Virus record (IMG/VR): IMGVR_UViG_2529292829_000010
Coordinates: 1-33,790 of that record
Length of the DNA: 33,790 nucleotides
DNA from: a virus
Taxonomy: Duplodnaviria > Heunggongvirae > Uroviricota > Caudoviricetes
Reading direction: 5' to 3' (one strand)
The notes under the pieces were generated by a model that was given only the letters and a program-made list of their open reading frames with translations, ran no database searches and was not told where the DNA came from. A program made the translations under genes and the position numbers. The first letter of the stretch is position 1; each line of letters starts with the position of its first letter. This document shows positions 1 through 7,302 of the stretch, one piece after another.

Positions 1-1020
1 CTACTTACTGACCACAAGCGGCAAATCCAGTGTTGGGGTGATTTTGGTTTTACGATCGTAAATCAACACCTGATTTTCTGTTTTGTGTCCACTGAAAATT
101 TGTTTGTCGCGACTGCTGCCTTCGTAATCTGAAATCCCTTTGGCTTTTATGTCATGGAAGTTGCATCCAAACGGAACGCCGGCTTTTTGCTCGGCTGCAC
201 GTTTAGCCTGATTCCACCAGTTGTTCAGCGTCTTGGCTATTACCTTCTCGCCTTTGGTTGTGTTGATCACATACTCGCATGTGCCGGAAGATACATTTCG
301 GGCTAACTGGATCGCCGTACGTAATCGCGGAGACCATTCCTTGATTTGTTTAGTGCCAGTCTTGTTTTGCTCAATGTAAATCCCTTTATCCATAATATCC
401 TGCCATTTCAGCTCGAGTACATCACCGAGCCTTGCCGCACAAAGATAGGATATCTCCATTGCAATACATAACTGTGGAATTGCTTCCGCATATATTGCAG
501 CATACTGTTCATCGGTGATGTAAACAGTACGGGCTTTAAGTGTGAATTTTCTGACTCCTTTGCATGGATTATTTTTTACATACCCACGCTCGTATCCCCA
601 TCCGTATATACGGCTCAGACTTGCCAGTTCATGGTTTGCCTGGGTCTTGCTCTCAAGTCCTCGCTTATCCATGAAAATTCTTACCTGTTCAATTTTTACA
701 TTATCAGCAAGCACTTTTCCGAATACTGCCAACAATGCCCTTTGATGTTGCCGATAATCTTTTTGGGTTCGGGGGGCCAGTTCTGTAAATGCAGGGGAGT
801 CCATAAACATGTGCCATAATTTAGCTACTGTCATTATGTTGTGGAGTTTTGCTTTTTCCAGCTCATAATTTTGCCAGACTTTAGCTATGCTGGTTTCCCG
901 CACTCTTCCGAGCCCTATAGTTCTTGTGCTTCCTTCGGGTTTCCATACGTAACTGTAACCATTCGATCTAACACGCGGTGGTAGTGCATTATCTTTTTTG
1001 TTTTTTCTTGGTCTTCCCAT
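1..1020 (-). CDS. int: Tyrosine-type site-specific integrase, 339 aa
   Basis: Complete ORF: ATG at 1018-1020, TAG stop at 1-3. C-terminal ...SGHKTENQVLIYDR resembles lambda Int ...LGHKSDTMASQYRD (catalytic His/Tyr region). Terminal position next to a xis-like ORF. Confidence 0.9.
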   Translation of the reverse strand: MGRPRKNKKDNALPPRVRSNGYSYVWKPEGSTRTIGLGRVRETSIAKVWQNYELEKAKLHNIMTVAKLWHMFMDSPAFTELAPRTQKDYRQHQRALLAVFGKVLADNVKIEQVRIFMDKRGLESKTQANHELASLSRIYGWGYERGYVKNNPCKGVRKFTLKARTVYITDEQYAAIYAEAIPQLCIAMEISYLCAARLGDVLELKWQDIMDKGIYIEQNKTGTKQIKEWSPRLRTAIQLARNVSSGTCEYVINTTKGEKVIAKTLNNWWNQAKRAAEQKAGVPFGCNFHDIKAKGISDYEGSSRDKQIFSGHKTENQVLIYDRKTKITPTLDLPLVVSK

Positions 1021-1240
1021 TGTTCAGCGCCTCAAAATCGGGTTCAGCGGAAACCAGTTCAGGTGCTTTTGGCATCGTAGTCAGTCCGTGTGGAATATCC
1101 CTGCGAAGAACTATTGGTTCGTTTTTAGGACCGATTACAAATGGGATACCGTGCAGCCTTAACTGGTGTTGCTGTTTTGTGTATCGCTCGTATTTCGTGA
1201 TCTCTTGAATCTCTGCTGGCGATAGAGTTAATTCGTACAT
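989..1240 (-). CDS. xis: Excisionase-like protein, 83 aa
   Basis: Small ORF directly upstream of int and overlapping its start by 32 nt. Starts MYELTL (lambda Xis starts MYLTLQ) and ends in a Lys-rich tail NGKTKKKQKR (lambda ...NGKKAKS). Confidence 0.6.
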   Translation of the reverse strand: MYELTLSPAEIQEITKYERYTKQQHQLRLHGIPFVIGPKNEPIVLRRDIPHGLTTMPKAPELVSAEPDFEALNNGKTKKKQKR

Positions 1241-1306
1241 GTGGTCACGTGCCTTACAGCATGACCGCCGCCAATATAATTCGGGGACGGCGATCAGGGT
1301 TGAACA

Positions 1307-3787
1307 TTAAAAATCAACCGGATTCGGGATCAGTTTTTGCCAGATTGCTGAAACGTATTTTGCCTGGTGACGGGCATCATCCAGCGCATTGTGGCGCACG
1401 CCTTCAAATGGAATAACGATTCTGGCATCAAAGTCGATTGTTTTTCCCAGCTCAACGATTGTGCGTACATCGCGATCGTTGTAGTAACGCCACGGGCAGG
1501 GGATCCCCTGCCGTTCGTATGAACGGCGCAAAATTGCGTTATCGAAAGTTGCACCATTACCCCATACCTGAACGAATTTTTCATCTGAGTATTCGTGGAT
1601 GAACTCCCGAAACCGCGAAAGGGCATCCTTCAGTTTTACCTGGTCTGTTAAAATGGCAGCTCTGGCTTCACTGGACTGCTTCAGCCACCATTCGATGGTT
1701 CCACCGTCAGGAACAGCCCCTGTATTCATTGCGTCAGTCAGACTGATAACGATATAAAATACTGGCCCGATTTCCCCTGTTTGTGGGTCGAAGAAAACCG
1801 CACCAATAACCACGATGGGCGCATTGGTGTTGGTTCCCATTGTTTCAAGGTCGATCATCAGGTGATACCACACTCTGCTGGTGGATGTGATAATGTGACG
1901 ACCGTTCACCGCAATTAAGGGAGCTGCCGTCTCGCCAGTTTCATTATCGCTGGCGTGGTCCTGAGCGCTGCCAGCATTCTCCTTGTGTGGATGTTCAGCG
2001 CCTTCCATTTCCTTCGGATCATTTTCCTGAACTTCAACCTGATTCTTGTCATCGAATGTTTCCTGGTATGTTGCGTCGCCCATCACCGCGCCACAATCAG
2101 GGCAGTTGCCGCCACCGATCTGACCGCAGGCGGTGCAGACTTTTTCCGCTTCCTGTTGTGCTACCGGTTCGGATTGTTTCGTTTCTGGCTCGTTTTGTTG
2201 CGTATTTGGGCTGTTTTGTTCCGCTTTCTGGTCGTTCTGTTCCGTTTCTTGCTGGTTCTGGTTCACAGTATCGCGGGTCTGGATCCCCTTAACCCATTTC
2301 GGATCATTCGGGTCGCTAATCCCTGCAACAAATTCACCACGTGATACTGCAAGCAGTTCATCGGCGTCAGGCTGGCTGATATTGGCTGCCTGCATAATTT
2401 TGTTTACTTCGTTAGCGGTAACTTTTACCGGCCCTGGTTGTGCGGTCGTGTCAGATGCACCAGTATTTTGTTGTGAACCTGAGTATGTACCGTTTTTGCG
2501 GGCGAAATATTCTTCTTTCGTGATTTCAGTAGCCCCTGCAGCCAGTGCCTTATCCAGACCAGAAAGTTTGTTTGCGCGACCGTATTTTTCGCCATCCTTG
2601 TCGGTGAAGAGGAAGTAGAACGGCCCCTCACGCTCTACAGATGGTTCGACTTCCACTTTGCATTCGGTTTTTTCGTTGTCCGGAATTGCCGTTTCCACTG
2701 CATCAGTTTCTGGTACTGGCGACGAGAGAGTATCAGTTGCGCTCTGATTTGTTCCTTCATCTTCAAACACGCCCTTTGTAGTCAGGTATTCAGTAATGTA
2801 TTTGTTCAGTGCCACAGGATCTTTGTGAATGTCGATCGGACGTTCACGGACAAGGCCAAAAATAGTCTGGCGGTCGTAGCGAAGGGCATCAGGCTGTTTG
2901 CGCATCGATGCCGAGATACGCTTCCAGTCTTCGCGGTCGTTGTCGATAACTTCATTTTTTGCCCAGCGATGGATGCTGCCGTCAATGTTTCCGGCATCCA
3001 CATCACCAGGCCAGAGAGCGTAGGCCAGTTCGTCATCCAGTGTTTTCCATGTCTGCTTGTATTCGCGATGAGTGGCAGCAATGACCGGGTTGATTTTTCC
3101 TGTTGAATTTTCAGTGTTCTGTTGATTGACTCTGGCGCGGGCAAGATCAACAACAGACGTGTATTTTCCGGTTTCCTTGCGTTCACCTTCGCGACGTTTT
3201 TTCCAGATGCGCATCTCTGCCTGAATTTCGGGCCATTTGGCACCAGGCTTACATTTATGCTTAACCCACCCGATGGCATGCAGCTTAAGCTCCGGATACA
3301 TGGCGTTAACTTCTGGCATTTTCATCAACGCTTCAACGATATGTCCGTCGAATGTTGCCATGTCTTCCTGCAACAATTCCTGTGCGCTAATAACCATATC
3401 AACGGTGATGTTTTCACATGTGTCGAACTTAACCATGACAGCGTTCTGTACTTCAGGGGCCAGCTTGTCAAAAGTGACGTTCATCGGATCTGATTCAGTC
3501 TCAACCGGAACAAAGGAAGCAGACTCCTCATCCCAGCGGTTTTCCTGCATATATTCAGCATCCCAGGAATCGAGGGCAGGGCGGGGTATACCGGGTTTAT
3601 CCTCGCAAACAAGAAATTTATAAGCGCAGTCCTGAGCAGCCGGATATTGCTCCAGGAATTGCCAGGTAAATTTGGCACGGGCGCGGCGTTCGTCACCGGC
3701 TTCAATGGCAGTGGCTACAGCAACTGCACCTTCTTCCTTTATTGCCTGTTCGTCCGGAATGGCAGCGCAAATAAAGACTTTACTCAT
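1307..3787 (-). CDS. Large early-left protein, 826 aa: unknown N-terminal domain, Cys4 zinc ribbon, acidic linker, C-terminal DnaQ-like DEDDh 3'-5' exonuclease
   Basis: ATG at 3785-3787 with GAGG upstream. Exo motifs in the C-terminus: MIDLETMG (Exo I), WGNGATFDNAIL (Exo II), HNALDDARHQAKY (Exo III). CTACGQIGGGNCPDCG zinc ribbon. Gln/Glu/Asn-rich low-complexity linker. Confidence 0.8.
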   Translation of the reverse strand: MSKVFICAAIPDEQAIKEEGAVAVATAIEAGDERRARAKFTWQFLEQYPAAQDCAYKFLVCEDKPGIPRPALDSWDAEYMQENRWDEESASFVPVETESDPMNVTFDKLAPEVQNAVMVKFDTCENITVDMVISAQELLQEDMATFDGHIVEALMKMPEVNAMYPELKLHAIGWVKHKCKPGAKWPEIQAEMRIWKKRREGERKETGKYTSVVDLARARVNQQNTENSTGKINPVIAATHREYKQTWKTLDDELAYALWPGDVDAGNIDGSIHRWAKNEVIDNDREDWKRISASMRKQPDALRYDRQTIFGLVRERPIDIHKDPVALNKYITEYLTTKGVFEDEGTNQSATDTLSSPVPETDAVETAIPDNEKTECKVEVEPSVEREGPFYFLFTDKDGEKYGRANKLSGLDKALAAGATEITKEEYFARKNGTYSGSQQNTGASDTTAQPGPVKVTANEVNKIMQAANISQPDADELLAVSRGEFVAGISDPNDPKWVKGIQTRDTVNQNQQETEQNDQKAEQNSPNTQQNEPETKQSEPVAQQEAEKVCTACGQIGGGNCPDCGAVMGDATYQETFDDKNQVEVQENDPKEMEGAEHPHKENAGSAQDHASDNETGETAAPLIAVNGRHIITSTSRVWYHLMIDLETMGTNTNAPIVVIGAVFFDPQTGEIGPVFYIVISLTDAMNTGAVPDGGTIEWWLKQSSEARAAILTDQVKLKDALSRFREFIHEYSDEKFVQVWGNGATFDNAILRRSYERQGIPCPWRYYNDRDVRTIVELGKTIDFDARIVIPFEGVRHNALDDARHQAKYVSAIWQKLIPNPVDF

Positions 3788-3866
3788 TTTGTTTTACCTC
3801 ATTACAGATTTAAGGGTGAACAAATCCCTGCCATTGCTGGCATATAAAAATGAAACTGGATATTAA

Positions 3867-4070
3867 TTACGGCGCTGTTTTTAATCCTGCCGGGATTTCG
3901 TTATTATCCATGCGAATAACTTTCTCGACCAGATAACAGTTACCAGGAATTTTCTGTTCTGCTGCGGCAGCCATACATTCTTTCATTGAACCATATATAC
4001 CAGTAACCACATCAACAGGTTCGCCAGTATTAAGAAAAACAGTCAGAGTGAGGGCAACAGCAGTCTTCAT
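3867..4070 (-). CDS. Small membrane protein, 67 aa, YdfD-like by position
   Basis: ATG at 4068-4070 preceded by AAGGA; overlaps the dicB stop (ATGA). N-terminal hydrophobic segment MKTAVALTLTVFL. Identity to YdfD not verified. Confidence 0.55.
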   Translation of the reverse strand: MKTAVALTLTVFLNTGEPVDVVTGIYGSMKECMAAAAEQKIPGNCYLVEKVIRMDNNEIPAGLKTAP

Positions 4071-4255
4071 TGCCAGCGTCCTTTTTGCATCAGGCGTAAA
4101 CGGGCCAGCATTGAAACAATGCATATTTTATTTAATAACTCCCGTTCGTGTTTTCTCTTGTTAATGGCATCTTCAGTAAATACAGGGTTACTGATAGTGA
4201 CACCAATTTCAAAACAACCTTCAGACGTATTAACGTTTGGTAATAACGTTTCCAT
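4067..4255 (-). CDS. dicB: Cell-division inhibitor DicB, 62 aa
   Basis: ATG at 4253-4255 preceded by GAGGA. Protein METLLPNVNTSEGCFEIGVTISNPVFTEDAINKRKHERELLNKICIVSMLARLRLMQKGRWQ matches my recollection of E. coli DicB in length and sequence. Lies immediately downstream of a DicF-like RNA on the same strand. Confidence 0.8.
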   Translation of the reverse strand: METLLPNVNTSEGCFEIGVTISNPVFTEDAINKRKHERELLNKICIVSMLARLRLMQKGRWQ

Positions 4256-4424
4256 TATCGCGTCCTCAACAATGAATTTTGTGATGCGGTGCCTGGTGCC
4301 TCCAGGTGACGTTAACCAGTTAACAATTAACGCCGGATACAGAGAATCCACCCATAACACTGTTTTTGGTTTTAACTGTTCCGCGTGCGCTTAGCCGCAT
4401 TCACCGCATCATAAAATTCACTTT

Positions 4425-4482
4425 AAAAAGGGCGGCAGAGCAGTCACGGAGTAAAACTGATACCGCCAAACGTCACCAGAAA
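4425..4482 (-). ncRNA. dicF: DicF-like small regulatory RNA (ftsZ translation inhibitor)
   Basis: Minus-strand transcript 5'-UUUCUGGUGACGUUUGGCGGUAUCAGUUUUACUCCGUGACUGCUCUGCCGCCCUUUUU-3' matches my recollection of DicF, with a GC-rich 3' stem and U-run. Sits directly upstream of dicB, as in the Qin dicB operon. Confidence 0.75.
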
Positions 4483-4822
4483 ATTGATAACAGAGGGCGT
4501 TGCAGCGGGGTTGTCACTTAAGCGTATGGTCAACCTGACAACCCGGTGTCCTCAACGGGGAAGGAATACCCCCGCCATACTTACCGCCGCGCCATTTCGC
4601 GGAGTGCCACAACCGGAAGCGCACGGTCGACGAAAATTTAACGACAGGCTATCTATGAACCAGCTACCTCGCCGTGCGCTTTCGCGTTATGGTCTGACTT
4701 TTCAGGGAAATATCCTTTCAGTAAACTGTCAATGCCGGATGCTCACCCGTGTCCGGCGCACGCACTCCACCTCACCCGTGGAGAACTCCTTAATTACTAA
4801 CCTTAGCTTTGTTGATTAGCTA

Positions 4823-5041
4823 CTAACGCGGGTATGTAATCATTCTGGCAATGCTTAATGCCGCTGCTTTTTCCAGATTGGTGATATCCTGCTCCAGAGC
4901 GGACATATTTTCAGCCTGCTTAGCCCTGGCTTCATTGGCCCATTTCAAATCCTGCGCTGCATTAATTTTCTGGCGCATCCACTCATAAAGTTCATCATCG
5001 GTATAGTCTGGCGCGATGATGACGGGTTCTCGTTTCTGCAT
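4823..5041 (-). CDS. Small early-left protein, 72 aa, YdfC-like by position and size
   Basis: Internal ATG at 5039-5041 preceded by AAGGAG. Protein MQKREPVIIAPDYTDDELYEWMRQKINAAQDLKWANEARAKQAENMSALEQDITNLEKAAALSIARMITYPR. The frame is open upstream, so the true start is unresolved. Confidence 0.5.
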   Translation of the reverse strand: MQKREPVIIAPDYTDDELYEWMRQKINAAQDLKWANEARAKQAENMSALEQDITNLEKAAALSIARMITYPR

Positions 5042-5560
5042 GTCGACTCCTTGTGGTTCGTGTTGCCTGCTTTTAACCACATCAGGCGAGGTGGTATCCT
5101 GAAAGCCGACCAAAGCTTTACGGATAAATAAGTTATGTTGCAACCACCAATAAATCCGCTTAAAAATATGAAAATTGATTACTGGTATAAAGCACTTACA
5201 GTTGTTGGTGCTGCGTTGTTTGTCTTTAATGGAACATCTTTTTTTGACAGATACCCCGCTGTTCCACTGGCTTTTTTGTCCTCCGGTATTTTCTTCACTG
5301 GCCTTGGAGAGTGGATCAATCACCCTCTCAGAGTGAGATTTATTGGTCCCGGAGCCGTTGCCCGGGGGCATAACCGTTCTCCGTGCACACTCGGCATTAT
5401 CTTCGATATATTGGGTGTCTGCCTGATTGTTACAGGAGTCGTCAAATTCTTCTGAAGAGAATCCACACACAGGGCATACAACCGGAATACGGCAAATGAT
5501 TTCACCCGGCTCGATGTGTGGGTACTCGCCATCAATTTTTTGTTGCTCCCGTATACCCAT
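4823..5560 (-). CDS. Alternative long reading of the same frame (246 codons) with a Cys-rich CPVCG N-terminus
   Basis: ATG at 5558-5560 with GAGG upstream is the first leftward ORF after the PL-like promoter. No stop until 4823. The central segment looks low-complexity and an antisense membrane-protein ORF overlaps at 5168-5455. Confidence 0.3.
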   Translation of the reverse strand: MGIREQQKIDGEYPHIEPGEIICRIPVVCPVCGFSSEEFDDSCNNQADTQYIEDNAECARRTVMPPGNGSGTNKSHSERVIDPLSKASEENTGGQKSQWNSGVSVKKRCSIKDKQRSTNNCKCFIPVINFHIFKRIYWWLQHNLFIRKALVGFQDTTSPDVVKSRQHEPQGVDMQKREPVIIAPDYTDDELYEWMRQKINAAQDLKWANEARAKQAENMSALEQDITNLEKAAALSIARMITYPR

Positions 5561-5741
5561 GTTGACCTCATTTCCCCTTAACGCCGGGGTAGCGGAACAA
5601 AAACCTGCTGCATAGTTATTAAAGTTGAACCCTGCCGTCATGTTCTTACGCCTCGGGCTGGCTACTTAACCCCTGACCACTGCCTGGTAACTCGAAGTAT
5701 TGCCCTGCATTCTGTGGGGCGGGGTGGGTTGGCATGCAATA

Positions 5742-5770
5742 AATCTAAAAGTATTTAGTTTTATAGTCAA
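5742..5770 (-). promoter_or_regulatory. PL-like leftward early promoter with overlapping palindromic operator
   Basis: On the minus strand: -35 TTGACT (5765-5770), 17-nt spacer, -10 TAGATT (5742-5747). Operator-like palindrome TCTAAAAGTATTTAG at 5744-5758, related to the PR operator. Confidence 0.5.
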
Positions 5771-5788
5771 GAGGAATCTAAATTAATT

Positions 5789-5816
5789 TAAAAAAAAGGT
5801 CGGCATAACCGACCTT
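5789..5816 (-). terminator. Rho-independent terminator downstream of the repressor gene
   Basis: Minus-strand RNA AAGGUCGG-UUAUG-CCGACCUU followed by 8 U, located about 20 nt after the cI stop. Confidence 0.8.
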
Positions 5817-5837
5817 AAGTTCAAGAACATGGCAGGG

Positions 5838-6485
5838 TTATAGGTTGAACTGTACACCTTTTGCTACGGCAACAATTTTACACTCTGGCGTAAGCAAGGA
5901 TGATTGATAGCGCGGATTGAGAGGACTTAAATACACAAGTTTTCCATCAATAACTAATTTTTTTATAGTCATAGACGGTTCATTTGTAAGAGGATCTGGA
6001 ACTATTACAGCGACGATACTGCCATTTTTATAACTTTCTCCTGGTCTTAGGATCACAGTGGCACCAACTGGGATACTTGGCGACCCTGAGGGGTTATGCA
6101 TAGTGTCATCAGGCATTGAAACGGCAAAATCACCTTCCACTACATCAAAGAATGTGGTGATCCTATCGACATTTCCCATTGTTTTCTCTCCTTCTAAGAT
6201 TAGGAAAGAAATCGCGTCACCCCACGAAAGGTAGGGGATCTTGGTGCCTGGATTGTTCTGCACAAAAGATAGTTCAGGAGACGATACTCCATACAGGAGA
6301 TAGGACTCAGTAGTTCCTAATGCTTGGGCTAACTTACTTAGAGCTTTGCTGCCGGGTTCGTTTAGATCTTTCTCCCAGTACCCTATAGTAACCCCAGTCA
6401 CGCCTGAAAGCTTACCCAGCTCTACTTGGGTGAGTCCCTTATCTTTTCTGAGTTTCTTAAGCCTGATGCCAAGGCTTTCCATCAT
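5838..6485 (-). CDS. cI: CI-type prophage repressor: HTH_XRE N-domain plus S24/LexA-like autopeptidase C-domain, 215 aa
   Basis: HTH LTQVELGKLSGVTGVTIGYWE. C-domain AVSMPDDT and TIKKLVIDGKLVYLSPLNPRY parallel lambda CI NSMTAPT and [21 protein letters not shown] (Ser/Lys dyad). Divergent from the cro-like gene. Confidence 0.9.
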   Translation of the reverse strand: MMESLGIRLKKLRKDKGLTQVELGKLSGVTGVTIGYWEKDLNEPGSKALSKLAQALGTTESYLLYGVSSPELSFVQNNPGTKIPYLSWGDAISFLILEGEKTMGNVDRITTFFDVVEGDFAVSMPDDTMHNPSGSPSIPVGATVILRPGESYKNGSIVAVIVPDPLTNEPSMTIKKLVIDGKLVYLSPLNPRYQSSLLTPECKIVAVAKGVQFNL

Positions 6486-6511
6486 TTTCTCCCGCGAGTT
6501 GAATATAAATT

Positions 6512-6568
6512 ATTTTAGATTGCATTGACCTAAAAAAAATTATCCTGTAATCTAAAAATACTTAGATT
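6512..6568 (+). promoter_or_regulatory. PR-like rightward promoter and OR operators
   Basis: -35 TTGACC (6525-6530), 17-nt spacer, -10 TAATCT (6548-6553). 20-bp palindrome AATCTAAAAATACTTAGATT (6549-6568) overlaps the -10. A second imperfect palindrome TTTTAGATTGCATTGACCTAAAA lies at 6512-6535. Confidence 0.55.
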
Positions 6569-6581
6569 TTAGGAGGGTGAA

Positions 6582-6809
6582 ATGCGAGTTGATGAACTTG
6601 TTCAGTTTTTTGGCTCTGTTCAGAGGGTCGCTGATTTTTATGGGATAACCCGCGAAGCTATTTACATGTGGCGTAAGCGCCCCGGTGAAATAGTTCCGAA
6701 AGGGAGAGCTGCGGAAGCTGCTGCATACTCCAAGGGAAAATTATCTTTGGACCCAGAGCTTTACAAAAAGAAGGATACCACTCAGAGCGAAAGGAAGAGT
6801 GATTCATGA
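6582..6809 (+). CDS. cro: Cro-like HTH regulator (YdaS-like), 75 aa
   Basis: AGGAGGG RBS. HTH VADFYGITREAIYMW. First rightward gene, divergent from cI. Confidence 0.8.
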   Translation: MRVDELVQFFGSVQRVADFYGITREAIYMWRKRPGEIVPKGRAAEAAAYSKGKLSLDPELYKKKDTTQSERKSDS

Positions 6810-7231
6810 AAATCAAGCATGAACACATCCGCATGGCGATGAATGCCTGGGCGCATCCGGACGGCGAGAAAGTACCGGCTGCAGAGATTACCAAAGCGTA
6901 TTTCGAGCTGGGAATGACGTTCCCGGAACTGTATGACGACAGCCATCCGGAAGCCCTGGCTCGCAATACCCAGAAAATTTTCCGCTGGGTAGAGAAAGAC
7001 ACCCCTGATGCGGTTAAAAAAATTCAGGCGTTGTTACCGGCGATCGAAAAAGCAATGCCACCTTTGCTGGTGGCCCGAATGCGCAGCCACAGTTCAGCCT
7101 GGTTTCGGGAGCTGGTGGAGACGCGGGAACGGCTGGTGAGAGACGCTGATGATTTTGTCGCAGTGGCGATCGCTGGTTTCAACCAGATGAATCGTGGTGG
7201 CCCTGCAGGAAATATTGTGGCTGTGCATTGA
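6806..7231 (+). CDS. CII-like / YdaT-family regulator, 141 aa
   Basis: ATGA start-stop overlap with cro. Size and position match YdaT of Rac-type immunity regions. Family assignment is from memory of that architecture, not from sequence identity. Confidence 0.55.
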   Translation: MKIKHEHIRMAMNAWAHPDGEKVPAAEITKAYFELGMTFPELYDDSHPEALARNTQKIFRWVEKDTPDAVKKIQALLPAIEKAMPPLLVARMRSHSSAWFRELVETRERLVRDADDFVAVAIAGFNQMNRGGPAGNIVAVH

Positions 7232-7302
7232 CTCGCAATATTCATACCGGATCACTTCCGGCAATTTGTGAGTAAAAAGATTCGGTATCAAAAGAGGTGA
7301 GT

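Noticed and set aside
1955-2618. Several 100-160 aa plus-strand ORFs inside the large exonuclease gene
   Set aside because: Antisense shadow ORFs with Cys/Phe/Leu-rich junk translations, fully contained in a well-supported minus-strand gene.
4484-4819. 111-aa plus-strand ORF in the region between dicB/dicF and the YdfC-like gene
   Set aside because: Arg/Pro-rich low-complexity translation with no RBS; it lies antisense to the early-left operon and overlaps the complement of the DicF region. Judged a chance ORF.
5135-5455. 106-aa plus-strand ORF for a putative two-TM membrane protein
   Set aside because: Not called as a feature because it is antisense to the early-left operon and lacks an SD; kept as an open question in the findings because its first ~55 residues look like a genuine membrane protein.
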